Virus record (IMG/VR): IMGVR_UViG_3300031772_002739
Span: 9,466 to 73,465 of that record
Direction: 5' to 3' (one strand)
DNA length: 64,000 bases
Source of the DNA: a virus
Below, in pieces: positions 40,356-50,249 of the stretch. The position numbers and the translations under genes were made by a program. Every line of letters begins with the position of its first letter. Positions within the stretch are counted from its first letter, which is position 1. Under the pieces are notes generated by a model. The model did no database searches. It was not told the origin of the DNA and saw nothing but the letters and a program-made list of their open reading frames with translations.

Positions 40356-41069
40356 ATGAAAAAAACAAAAATTATAGGAATTGGAGGGCTATCCAGGTCT
40401 GGAAAAGATACATTTGTAAAAGTAGCACATAATATTTTGAAACAGAATGGGTATGACACCTGCCATCTTGCTTTTGCTACAGCATTAAAGAATGAAATCC
40501 AACAGATGTTTAGAAATAACAATTTTAATTTAGATATTTGGACTGATGATACTGAAAGGAAGAAACGGCTCCGTGACCTTCTCGTATGGTGGGGTTGTAT
40601 GAGAAGAGAGTTAGGTGACGGTAATTATTGGATAGATAGAATTCAAGAAAGATTTGAGTTGATACAGAGAACTTACTCTCAAGAAGTATTGGATAAATCT
40701 GTATTTTTTGTTTCTGACGTTCGTTTCCCCAATGAATCTAAGTGGATTCACGAAAAATGGGGCGGTTGGTTTATTCATGTAAAGAAATATTCTATGCGAT
40801 ATGATAACGTGCAAACGTTTGATGATGGAAATGTAGAACATTCAGACGCAATGCATCGAATGTATGATTCTGCACCCAACGAAGAAGAGGCTAAACAAGA
40901 TCCTCTCATACAGGAACACGCTGATGATAAATTAGAGTTGGAAAATGTCATTGAAAGAGAAACTAGATTAGGTAATAAAATAACTGTCGCTGACTTGCCG
41001 AATAATACTTATCTATTGAATGAGGTAAGGTTATGTCTGGCGAAGGTTCCTCTTTTAAAAATTAAATAA
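40356..41069 (+). CDS. deoxynucleoside monophosphate kinase
   Basis: IIGIGGLSRSGKDT, FATALK, SDVRFPNE. Confidence 0.75.
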   Translation: MKKTKIIGIGGLSRSGKDTFVKVAHNILKQNGYDTCHLAFATALKNEIQQMFRNNNFNLDIWTDDTERKKRLRDLLVWWGCMRRELGDGNYWIDRIQERFELIQRTYSQEVLDKSVFFVSDVRFPNESKWIHEKWGGWFIHVKKYSMRYDNVQTFDDGNVEHSDAMHRMYDSAPNEEEAKQDPLIQEHADDKLELENVIERETRLGNKITVADLPNNTYLLNEVRLCLAKVPLLKIK

Positions 41070-41071
41070 CG

Positions 41072-41269
41072 ATACATAAAATTAAAAGAAAACAAATATC
41101 GGAAAATACTAAAAATTTAATATTGGATCTTTTTTGTAATAAAAAAATTGGTATAGTGAATATTTCTAAAGAATTATCTAAAATCGGAATAAATTACGGA
41201 TCAAAAGCAATTAGAAATTTTCTAATAAGAAATAATGTGTATATAAAACAACAGAGGACAAAACAATGA
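41072..41269 (+). pseudogene. start-less HTH-like remnant, probably the end of a deleted homing endonuclease
   Basis: open frame IHKIKRKQISENTKNLILDLF..GIVNISKEL..GSKAIRNFLIRNNV..* with no ATG; stop overlaps next ATG. Confidence 0.45.
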
Positions 41270-41991
41270 AATTTTTTGATATACAAACCGAGGAGGAATA
41301 TCCGATTTTTTTAGATGAATGTAATAATACTGAAAAAAATAAAAAATTTGCTTTTATTATTAATAAATATCATAGTTATAAAAAATTTAATCCTGGCCCG
41401 ACAAGGCGAATACATTGGTTAATATATGAATCGGAAACGACAAAATTAATAGGAGCAATCGGATTGTCGAGTGCAACAATAGCAATAAAATGTAGAGATG
41501 ATTATATTGGATGGAACAAAGAACAGAGAATAAAAAATTTGGGTATGATAGCTAATAATTCCAGGTTTTGTATAATACCAAATAAATCGATTCTAAAAAA
41601 TATTGGAAGTATGATACTGAAACAATTGTCCATTGTAGGGTCAAAAAGATGGAAAGAAAAGTATGGCGGTATGTTATCTATGATAGAAACTTACGTACAA
41701 ATTGAAAGAAATGATGAATATAATGAACATAAAGAAAGAAACGGATCTGTATACCGAGCATCCAATTGGATCGAAATTGGTCATACATCCGGAAATAGTA
41801 TCCGAAAAGCCCCATTATCAAGTTGGAAAAAAGAATCGGGAATTCGTGGAGAGTTGGCAAGAAACAACCCAAAATTGGCGATGGAACGATATGGGTATGG
41901 GGGAAAGGAATATATAGTATCAAAATCACCAATTAAAATAATGTTCATAAAATCTTTAGTTTGGAATTGGAAAAAAATATTATTATCATAA
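41266..41991 (+). CDS. second DUF4338-like protein
   Basis: HSY, IGAIGLSSA, RDDYIGW, NNSRFCI, ETYV, GSVYRASNW..IG.TSG. Confidence 0.7.
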   Translation: MKFFDIQTEEEYPIFLDECNNTEKNKKFAFIINKYHSYKKFNPGPTRRIHWLIYESETTKLIGAIGLSSATIAIKCRDDYIGWNKEQRIKNLGMIANNSRFCIIPNKSILKNIGSMILKQLSIVGSKRWKEKYGGMLSMIETYVQIERNDEYNEHKERNGSVYRASNWIEIGHTSGNSIRKAPLSSWKKESGIRGELARNNPKLAMERYGYGGKEYIVSKSPIKIMFIKSLVWNWKKILLS

Positions 41992-42010
41992 TTAGTAGAT
42001 ATTTATATTT

Positions 42011-43375
42011 ATGATTCTATTGTCATCCATTATAGAAAAAGTTGATATCCAAAAGGCCGATGTAGTCAAAACAGGATTAGAAAAGAAATATGGGCCTGAT
42101 ATTGGACCAAACACTTTTGGAGTTGAATTAGAGTATGTTCTTCCTCCACAGGAAGAATTTGAAATGGAAGAACATCTTCATGATGTTGTTCGTTCTTTAA
42201 TGTGGAAAGCTAGGAACGACGTTACTGCAAGAGATGATTATATTGATTGGGTTACTGATAAAAGAAGTAATATCAATAGAAGAATAAAATCCAGTGATGA
42301 ATGGGATGATAGTTATGGTCCGATTGATCTGGATACGTGGGAAACTTTTAATCCTGAACCAGAACACGAAGATTATAGTGATGATAAAGAATATGATGAC
42401 GCACATTCTACTTGGGATGATGCTTCATCCGATGTAAAAAAACAATATAGGAATTGGGAATTTGGTGAAAGGTATAATTATACGGAAGAATGGGCCGAAT
42501 ATATGATTGAGGCTGATCGGTGGGAAAGTTATATTGATACATCTGACATTGTAAAATCCACTACAGATATAGAAATTGAAGCGGCTTCCGATTATATACG
42601 AAAATATATACGTGATGGAGTAGTAAACGGAAACGCTACCAATACAGCATGGGGAGTTGGCCTGGATGGTGATCTTATGGAAATTAGAACTCCTCCTCTT
42701 TCTGGAAACGAAGATTCATTTAAAAAAGTAAGAATCGCTTTGAGTTTTTTGAATGACAAGGATACTCACGGAGGAACGTCTGCTCACGTTCATATAGGGG
42801 TTCCGGAAGATTTCGATGTGTTTGATATGATAGCCATGTCAGATTTAGTTGACGAAGAAAAAGTAAAACAAGCTGTAGGTGCAGATCGTCAGTTAGCTAA
42901 ATATGCCGAAACAAATGAGGTTCTTCAAAGAAGTTTGGAAATAGCAATAAGAAAAATATTAACTCAAAATCAAGAAACAAAGCCTGTCAGTGAAGGTAAG
43001 TGGATAATGAGTCATGATACTTTGAAAAAATTTATTTTGTCGGTCATGGATAGATACAAGGGAACAAACATTCTTCCTGTAATGAAAGGAACTCATCTGA
43101 CTATAGAATTTAGATATTTTTCATCCAATGTTAAAGAACACCCGAGTGTATTTGTTCAGTGGATCAAATACTTTTTACTTTTACCAAAAGTAGCCCAAGG
43201 AAGAAATAGGGTAACTTTAAACAAGGACAAAACCATTCCTATAGTTCTCACACGATTACCTGATAATAAAGTAAGGGTGGAGTTCGTTGTTCGTGGAACT
43301 CAACAAAAACCATCACCAATGCCTGGATTGCCTGCCAAAGATATACGAACTAAAAAAGATAAGGATGTTGTATGA
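42011..43375 (+). CDS. putative amidoligase (COOH-NH2 ligase type 2) with leader MILLSSIIE
   Basis: TFGVELE, EIRTPPL, SAHVHIG, RY..N, TIEFRYF; acidic insertion; late motif at 41999. Confidence 0.75.
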   Translation: MILLSSIIEKVDIQKADVVKTGLEKKYGPDIGPNTFGVELEYVLPPQEEFEMEEHLHDVVRSLMWKARNDVTARDDYIDWVTDKRSNINRRIKSSDEWDDSYGPIDLDTWETFNPEPEHEDYSDDKEYDDAHSTWDDASSDVKKQYRNWEFGERYNYTEEWAEYMIEADRWESYIDTSDIVKSTTDIEIEAASDYIRKYIRDGVVNGNATNTAWGVGLDGDLMEIRTPPLSGNEDSFKKVRIALSFLNDKDTHGGTSAHVHIGVPEDFDVFDMIAMSDLVDEEKVKQAVGADRQLAKYAETNEVLQRSLEIAIRKILTQNQETKPVSEGKWIMSHDTLKKFILSVMDRYKGTNILPVMKGTHLTIEFRYFSSNVKEHPSVFVQWIKYFLLLPKVAQGRNRVTLNKDKTIPIVLTRLPDNKVRVEFVVRGTQQKPSPMPGLPAKDIRTKKDKDVV

Positions 43376-43629
43376 CATTGGGGGAATTGAAAAAATCGTT
43401 GAGTCGTTTCGGTGGGGATATGGATGATTGTGAAGTTTTGTTTATGTATAAACTTGGCGAAAAAATAGATTATGATTGTTTGGCTTTTGTAGCATATATT
43501 GATGAGAAAACTATGGGTGATGTATATATCGTTTTGGGTTCAATGAATGCAGCATTAGATCAGTTGAAAAAAGGAAACTTGAAAAATCAGAGTGGCATAT
43601 CGTTGACATCTGAGGGATATAATGTATAA
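43372..43629 (+). CDS. hypothetical protein
   Basis: MTLGELKKSL..DD.EV small phage protein pattern. Confidence 0.6.
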   Translation: MTLGELKKSLSRFGGDMDDCEVLFMYKLGEKIDYDCLAFVAYIDEKTMGDVYIVLGSMNAALDQLKKGNLKNQSGISLTSEGYNV

Positions 43630-43635
43630 AATTTT

Positions 43636-43923
43636 TCACCGGTTTAATGTTTTTAAGTGTTTACCTTCATTGTAAAAAATAATACATCCGTCTACTACTT
43701 TTTTGAATATTTCATTTTTTATGGGGGGTAAAGACTGAACGGAGTGGACGTATAATGTTTGGCATCTATTTAATTTGCTCTTTTTAAATTCTTCATCATC
43801 ACAATTACATAATCTTGCGTATTCATCCATACAAGAACAAAAACTTGAAACGGTAGGAGTAGAGTTAGATAGCCCTGCTGATTTTATCAGTTGATTAAAT
43901 TGAGTTATTCCGTTAATGACCAT
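43636..43923 (-). CDS. Cys-containing hypothetical protein
   Basis: ORF in operon context. Confidence 0.55.
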   Translation of the reverse strand: MVINGITQFNQLIKSAGLSNSTPTVSSFCSCMDEYARLCNCDDEEFKKSKLNRCQTLYVHSVQSLPPIKNEIFKKVVDGCIIFYNEGKHLKTLNR

Positions 43924-44260
43924 ATAATTGAGTGGTTATTAAATATATCAATAGTGAGAGTATAAACATTACGGGAATAAATATGATATTACTAAATAAT
44001 AAACACGTTATAATCGATAACCACACATCTAAACAAATCGGACACGTCACTAATCTAACAAAAAAATTATCGTGTTTCATCCGAAGAAATTGTTGATAAG
44101 ATATAGTAATATCTTGTTGTTGTTTATATTCTTTATATTCTATAATTTTTAATAATTTACAAAGAGTTCTGTTTAGTTGAGTATATTCTATAAACGCATC
44201 CGTTTTGAACCATATAATCATCACCATTGATATTAAACATGTTAATGTAAAAAAAATCAT
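43913..44260 (-). CDS. membrane protein (DUF1360-like CPxC)
   Basis: hydrophobic helices, LVTCPICLDVW. Confidence 0.6.
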   Translation of the reverse strand: MIFFTLTCLISMVMIIWFKTDAFIEYTQLNRTLCKLLKIIEYKEYKQQQDITISYQQFLRMKHDNFFVRLVTCPICLDVWLSIITCLLFSNIIFIPVMFILSLLIYLITTQLYGH

Positions 44261-45591
44261 AAACGAATAAGTTCTATATCTAACGGAGGATTTTTAACAA
44301 CAACGTTTTCTTCTATAACATTTTGAATTCGATTTACTTTGATTTTTATTCCTTCACAGTCGAATTCATCTCCAGGAGTCAATTCGTCTTTATAACTGTG
44401 AATAATATCATTCATTTGTTGGAGATATTTGTAAAGTTCCGGTGTCATAGTATTCATATCTATTTCTAAAACAATATCATCTTCTACAGGTGCATCGGAG
44501 AAAATATCTTCTACATTCCATACTCTATAGTATTTTCCAAATTCTGCCCATTGTTTGTCAGATATATTGAGTATTTCATTTGCAGGATTGTGTAGTTTTT
44601 GGTAACGGTCTTTAGCCATCTGACGAGTTTGAGGTTCATCGATAAATATTTTTTCAAATAAATGATACATACTAAAAATGCCCGTAGCCTGAACAGGCAT
44701 ACAATTTTTGAGATTCACAGATATGTTGTATTTGTAATTTGTCTGTGGGTCATCTACGGCTTCATGTTTGAACCGTTTCCACTTTCTTAGAAACCTCTGC
44801 ATCTCAACTTGATCAGCCACAGATTGAAGTTGTGTTCTTCTTTGATTTTCAGGTTTCCACCATTCCTTTCCACGGGAAGATGTGCAAGTAAAATGATAAA
44901 CAATAGCCGACCAACATTGTTTCATTTTTAATCCTTGCAGACAGAATCTATATAATAAATCCGAATCCTCCCTCGATCTTCTAAACAGTGTATCATGACC
45001 TCCGATACTCACCCAATTCTTTTTATATAAAGTAAAAGGAGCGAACCAATAATCTGTGATTCTATCGGTTTTTTTAGACTCAGCAAATCGAGTAAAGACA
45101 TCTAAATCAAACTTTTGGGGATCTAAGCCAAAATCGTGAGTAATCTTCTCTGGAGAAGGGGGATGCAATGGAGGTTCAATTCGGGTGGATGATATGATAT
45201 TGTGTTCATTCAGGTGTTTAAGAACTTCCAAATCATATTGATGACATATCACTTGATCTGACTGAAGATAGCTTACAATCTCATGAGTAGCCATTTCAAA
45301 CATGAGATTTATATTTCGGGCATATCCTAATGGTATTGGAAGAGGATTGACAACGATTTTAAGGTTTGGGAAGATTTCTTTTTGAGTTTTTAGAAATCCG
45401 ACAGTATCTTGATTGTCATTTTCTACGTAAACTAGAATTTCGTGATCTTTTCGACAAAGATTCTGATTTAACGAGCGGAATAAAAGTTCAACGTGAAAAC
45501 GTTCATTAATTGAGGTATTTATACAGAAACTAATTTGTGAAATCATTTTCTTTTTTCGTTCTAATAATGTACCAATTTCGTCATTTTTCAT
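44257..45591 (-). CDS. GT2-like glycosyltransferase
   Basis: ISFCI, YLQSD, IGGHD..F..REDSD, VYHF..SSRG. Confidence 0.75.
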   Translation of the reverse strand: MKNDEIGTLLERKKKMISQISFCINTSINERFHVELLFRSLNQNLCRKDHEILVYVENDNQDTVGFLKTQKEIFPNLKIVVNPLPIPLGYARNINLMFEMATHEIVSYLQSDQVICHQYDLEVLKHLNEHNIISSTRIEPPLHPPSPEKITHDFGLDPQKFDLDVFTRFAESKKTDRITDYWFAPFTLYKKNWVSIGGHDTLFRRSREDSDLLYRFCLQGLKMKQCWSAIVYHFTCTSSRGKEWWKPENQRRTQLQSVADQVEMQRFLRKWKRFKHEAVDDPQTNYKYNISVNLKNCMPVQATGIFSMYHLFEKIFIDEPQTRQMAKDRYQKLHNPANEILNISDKQWAEFGKYYRVWNVEDIFSDAPVEDDIVLEIDMNTMTPELYKYLQQMNDIIHSYKDELTPGDEFDCEGIKIKVNRIQNVIEENVVVKNPPLDIELIRL

Positions 45592-46445
45592 ATCATCATG
45601 CTTTCATACATTTCAAGTATGCCATTTTCTAATCCTGTTAGTGGTAAATTGAGTGTTGATAACATCGACCCATTCCCTGTATATGGCATCCCCCACCCGC
45701 CAGTTTCTATATGTATTTTTAGATTTGGTTTTCCTACTATAAAAGCGATGCTTGTAGCTATATCAGATAATCTATATTTACTCATATAAGATAAATTTAA
45801 AGATTTATAGTTATAATCTACGACATTAGATACCGTCGTCATTATGTATTGTATAACTTTATATACGTCATTTATAAAAAAATAATCCATAAATTTATCT
45901 TGATGAATAACCATGTATTCTCCATTGATGGCTCGTTGTACGTTATTTTTTATTAATCTAAAATTTTCTTCGAGAGGACCAAAACAACCGAATAATCTTA
46001 AATTTATAACATTATAAGTTTCTTCATATATTCTTCTACATATAATATTTTTAGCTAATCCATAAGCATCGATGGGATGTTTCTTGAATATATTTTCTTC
46101 ACAAACTCTGAGTATTGGAAATCTTCTATCAAATTCTGCCCCCGATCCGAAAGTAAATAATAACCTATATGATTCTTTGTTGTTTAACAAATTTTCAAAC
46201 ATTAATAGATTAGTTTGAAGGTTTTCGTATGATTCTGAATCGGTTCTGTTTCCTCCTTTAACAGCGGTATGTATGACTATATCTACTGTGTTTTTCTTAA
46301 AAAATTCATCTACTTGATATTTATTAGAAACATCTAATTCTTGATGAGTAGGAGAATACACGTCATATCCTTCCAGCCTAAACATAGGAGTTAAACTTCG
46401 GGCGATAAATCCTTTCCCTCCCGTAATTAAAACATCGTAGTGCAT
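45588..46445 (-). CDS. NAD-dependent epimerase/reductase
   Basis: ITGGKGFIA, YGLAK. Confidence 0.85.
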   Translation of the reverse strand: MHYDVLITGGKGFIARSLTPMFRLEGYDVYSPTHQELDVSNKYQVDEFFKKNTVDIVIHTAVKGGNRTDSESYENLQTNLLMFENLLNNKESYRLLFTFGSGAEFDRRFPILRVCEENIFKKHPIDAYGLAKNIICRRIYEETYNVINLRLFGCFGPLEENFRLIKNNVQRAINGEYMVIHQDKFMDYFFINDVYKVIQYIMTTVSNVVDYNYKSLNLSYMSKYRLSDIATSIAFIVGKPNLKIHIETGGWGMPYTGNGSMLSTLNLPLTGLENGILEMYESMMI

Positions 46446-46921
46446 TATTTTTTAAGATTTAGATATGCTGGTTGTTTATTATACAGAAATGTATCGTAAT
46501 ATGATAATAATGCTCTGTCTGTGTCGGGTTTGTAAATTTGTAATCCATTAACACACATACATACATCAACATCCTCCTCCGCCCAGTGTGTGAATCCTAG
46601 ATATCCATAATCTTTATCCCTACCTCCACCAACAAGTTTAACCGGAATTTTATCATGACCAAGATAATTTCTGATAAATTCAAATGGACGATAAAGAAGA
46701 AATGAGGTGATGGAATAACAGACAACAATTTTACCTTCCATCGTCATTCCTACAGCCATACCAATCATAAGTTGTTCAGAAGATAAAACATTAAAAAATC
46801 TATTAGTATGTGTATTTCGAATTTTATCTAATAATCCATATCCTAAATCTCCTGTCAAAACAACTATATTATCATCTTTTTCCATTGTTTTACATAAATA
46901 ATCAAAAAATAATTTTCTCAT
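46445..46921 (-). CDS. transketolase-like pyrimidine-binding subunit
   Basis: LTGDLG, RFFNV..SEQ..G.A.G, G.TH. Confidence 0.8.
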   Translation of the reverse strand: MRKLFFDYLCKTMEKDDNIVVLTGDLGYGLLDKIRNTHTNRFFNVLSSEQLMIGMAVGMTMEGKIVVCYSITSFLLYRPFEFIRNYLGHDKIPVKLVGGGRDKDYGYLGFTHWAEEDVDVCMCVNGLQIYKPDTDRALLSYYDTFLYNKQPAYLNLKK

Positions 46922-47547
46922 ACTAACATCTCCAATGCCTGTTTATAATCTTCTTCTGACATTATTTTGTAATGAGCGTTCAACCCTTTAAGAAATGGAA
47001 ACGTTTCAACGGAAGTCTTACATATGGCTATTTGTGGTAAAAATGATACTAATCTAACAGTTAGATAATCAGCATCAATTTCATCATAAGCGGCATATCC
47101 GTTTATATTAACATACACATGAATATTTTCAATCTTGTGATCGTGAATAAATCTTAACGCTTCCCATATACATCCTTCTGCACATTCTCCATCACTTATT
47201 AATACATAAACATGACCATTTTTATTGGATAGTGCTCTACCGACTGCTACTGTTATTCCCATGCCTAAACTTCCAGTTGAACAATAAATTTTATCGTTTT
47301 CGTTATAATGTGGATGCCCTCCATGACGAAGAAACAATTCTTCGGCGTTAATTCCATCATATTTTTCTAATACAACATATTGAGCCAGAGCGGCGTGCCC
47401 ACTTGATAGAATAAAAATATCTTCTGGCTGTTTTACTCTAAAAATACGATCAATAATATCAACCGAAGAAAAAAAACTCCCTAAATGTCCCAATTTGTGT
47501 TTGTATGCAATCTCAACGATTCGTTTTTTAAGATCTTTATTGTTCAT
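46918..47547 (-). CDS. transketolase-like N-terminal TPP-binding subunit
   Basis: GHLGS, LSSGHA, TGSLGMG, SDGEC.EG..WEA..N. Confidence 0.85.
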   Translation of the reverse strand: MNNKDLKKRIVEIAYKHKLGHLGSFFSSVDIIDRIFRVKQPEDIFILSSGHAALAQYVVLEKYDGINAEELFLRHGGHPHYNENDKIYCSTGSLGMGITVAVGRALSNKNGHVYVLISDGECAEGCIWEALRFIHDHKIENIHVYVNINGYAAYDEIDADYLTVRLVSFLPQIAICKTSVETFPFLKGLNAHYKIMSEEDYKQALEMLV

Positions 47548-48145
47548 GGTTTACTGTGAGTATACCACTTTTACCGCTAGGTTTCAAGATTTTATATTTT
47601 TCTAATGATCTAGCTATCCCAGCATTAACATCACCGTTCCATAAATCATCAAATATTATTATTCCTTTTTTATTACCTATACATAATACAGATAACTCCA
47701 CGTCTATATCTATATCTTTTTCATGATGAGATCCATCGACATAAACAACAGAGATGTTTAGTTTGTTAAGATCGAATAAATCTTTTTCGAGATCGGTTTT
47801 GTTATTACCTGAATCTTTAACTTTTTGTAAAAATAATTCGGAAACACAATCAAACAATTTTATGTTTGGGCATATAGATATATTGTGAATACAATTTTCT
47901 TTTTGAGTAGGTAACGGAGTACCCCTTTCATGATAGGTATGTCCATCATCAATAAAAGGATCTATCCCGATTACTGTTACGTTTGGGTTGTTTAACGCTA
48001 TGCTACACATAGTTACTCCATCATACACGCCTATTTCAAGATAGTTTCCTGGACAAATTTTTAAATAATTCGTTACATCCAACACAATCCCGTGGTGGCT
48101 ACAAAGTAAAGAATTCCCCTTCAATAATTCAATTGGATCAGACAT
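47537..48145 (-). CDS. class I SAM-dependent methyltransferase
   Basis: YLEIGVYDG, GIDPF, YVDGSH, IFDD. Confidence 0.8.
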   Translation of the reverse strand: MSDPIELLKGNSLLCSHHGIVLDVTNYLKICPGNYLEIGVYDGVTMCSIALNNPNVTVIGIDPFIDDGHTYHERGTPLPTQKENCIHNISICPNIKLFDCVSELFLQKVKDSGNNKTDLEKDLFDLNKLNISVVYVDGSHHEKDIDIDVELSVLCIGNKKGIIIFDDLWNGDVNAGIARSLEKYKILKPSGKSGILTVNHEQ

Positions 48146-48150
48146 TTTAT

Positions 48151-48366
48151 TTAAATAACTCTCTTTCTGTTTTTACATTCTTCGCTACAATAATCTTCTG
48201 TGGATGGAATGGTGGTTCTACACCATATACAATAATCTGTATGTTCGTCTACCCAACGATCAATTAATTTTAATGTTCGTTTTAGATCGTCAATATCTTC
48301 TTGTGTTTTTGGGGCAAAAATTTTAATCCGAACATCGGATACGTTGTTTTCAAATTCATTTTTCAT
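48151..48366 (-). CDS. small Zn-ribbon protein
   Basis: CIWC..YCSEEC. Confidence 0.55.
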   Translation of the reverse strand: MKNEFENNVSDVRIKIFAPKTQEDIDDLKRTLKLIDRWVDEHTDYCIWCRTTIPSTEDYCSEECKNRKRVI

Positions 48367-48370
48367 ACGA

Positions 48371-49468
48371 TTACCAAATAAAATTATCTCTGTAATATTG
48401 TATTACACTTGGTAATTCTTTGTCAAATTCACAAGTTATTTTCCATCCTAATGATTTTAGTTTGTTACTATCTATACTATAACGAACATCTTGCCCACTT
48501 CTTGTGTAAGAAAAATCACATATTTCTTCCATATTGTTATTATTCAAACCATTGTCTTTTGATTGGAATGAAAAAAATCCATTCTCATCTTTGTAATTTA
48601 TAAGAATACAATTATTGCCATAAATATTTACCCTAGAATCGGGAATTTGTGAGTCGATTTTTCTTTCAATATTGTGTTTTCCTTTTATACCAAGGATTTT
48701 TGCGATTTTTGCTACAACTCTCCAATTTTCTATTTCATAATCTCCAGCAATATTATAAATTTCATTTAATTTTCCTTTTTCTACAACAGTTAATATGCCA
48801 TCAACACAATCATTTATGTGAAGCCATGTTCTGATAGGCAAACCAAGATTATGAAGTGAAATTTTTTTACCAAGAATTAAATTTCGACATGTTTTAGGAA
48901 TTAGTTTTTCAGAATTTTGACGCGTTCCCCAAGTATTTGTAGCTCTTCCTATTTTATATTTAATATCATATGTTCTAGCGTAAGATTTTACTAATAAATC
49001 TGCACTAGCTTTTGAAAAAGAATATGGATTGCTTGGATTATAATTATCCGTTTCTACATGAGACCCGATTCCGATAGCATCTCCATAAATTTCATCAGTA
49101 GACATTTGATAAAAAAGAGGTCGAATTTTTTTGTGACGAATAATTTCTAATAAATTATGAACGCCATTTATGTTAGATTTTAAAAATTCATTACTGTTTT
49201 CTATACTATTATCAACATGAGATTCTGCACAAATATTAAATAATATATCTAAGTCTGGAAGATGTTTTATATCATTAATATCTTTATGTTCGAATTTAAA
49301 TTGTTTATTATATTTAATTTTAAATTCATCCATTAATTTTGGATAAGAACAATAGGATAATTTATCTACACCATATACATACCACCCCATTGCTAAGCAT
49401 TTTTCTGTCAAATGACTTCCAATAAACCCAGCACATCCAGTTATCATGCAAATTTTTATATCATTCAT
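48371..49468 (-). CDS. rmlB: dTDP-glucose 4,6-dehydratase-like protein with C-terminal insertion
   Basis: ITGCAGFIGS, AESHVDNSI, STDEIYG, YSFSK, EKLIP, R.GQD.RY; start MND at 49468. Confidence 0.8.
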   Translation of the reverse strand: MNDIKICMITGCAGFIGSHLTEKCLAMGWYVYGVDKLSYCSYPKLMDEFKIKYNKQFKFEHKDINDIKHLPDLDILFNICAESHVDNSIENSNEFLKSNINGVHNLLEIIRHKKIRPLFYQMSTDEIYGDAIGIGSHVETDNYNPSNPYSFSKASADLLVKSYARTYDIKYKIGRATNTWGTRQNSEKLIPKTCRNLILGKKISLHNLGLPIRTWLHINDCVDGILTVVEKGKLNEIYNIAGDYEIENWRVVAKIAKILGIKGKHNIERKIDSQIPDSRVNIYGNNCILINYKDENGFFSFQSKDNGLNNNNMEEICDFSYTRSGQDVRYSIDSNKLKSLGWKITCEFDKELPSVIQYYRDNFIW

Positions 49469-50246
49469 ACATTTTCCATCCTCCAACCGAATTAAATTTT
49501 CTTTTAATTAATTGCCCTAAATTTCCTTGATTTAATTTGTATTTTGTTCTTAAATTATATTGAGTAGATTCTTCGATTCCATGTTTAGGGTGAATAAATT
49601 TATACACGTTATTGTCATATTGTGAATGTTTTTCTCCACGTTGTGCATTACTCATTTTTAATCGGGCTTCTATAGAATGAGTTTTTCCTTTTAATTTTTT
49701 ACTCATTTTTAATTTGGTTTCGTCTGAAAGACGTTTTCCAAAAAGATGATTCTTTTTACCTTTACATGCATTACTCATTTTTATTAAAGTTTCAGTTGAA
49801 AACATTCTTCCTTTAAGTGAATTTCCTATTTTAATTTTTGTTTTTTCGGGAAGACGTTTTCGAAAATGAGGATGATTACTTCCTTTTTTTGCTATACTCA
49901 TTTTCATTCGTGTTTCTGGTGAACGAGTTAATCCTCTACTTGGGCAAATTGAGTTGTATCCTATATTATAAGATTTGAATGGAAACATTTTACACCAATC
50001 CAAATAATATTGCTCTACCTCTTGTAATTGTTTTGATGATAATTTCTCTTCTATTTTAAATATAAACCCATCCTCTCCATATTTATTCCAAGCATTTTGA
50101 AGATATAAATTTTTATGTTTATTGTTTTTTAATTCGTTTTTATGATTGATAAATCTACGAGTTATATCGGAAGATGAACCGTAATATACTTTTTCATTAT
50201 TTATATTTGTTATGCTATAAATTCCTGATGTTTTTATTTTTTTCAT
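49461..50246 (-). mobile_element. GIY-YIG homing endonuclease with NUMOD3 repeats
   Basis: SGIYSITN..KVYYGSS..R..H; repeated S.ET..KMS...KG. Confidence 0.85.
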
Positions 50247-50249
50247 AAC

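Noticed and set aside
38044-41991. Complete Druantia defence system
   Set aside because: Only DruA-like domains are present; no DruE helicase or other partners in the window.
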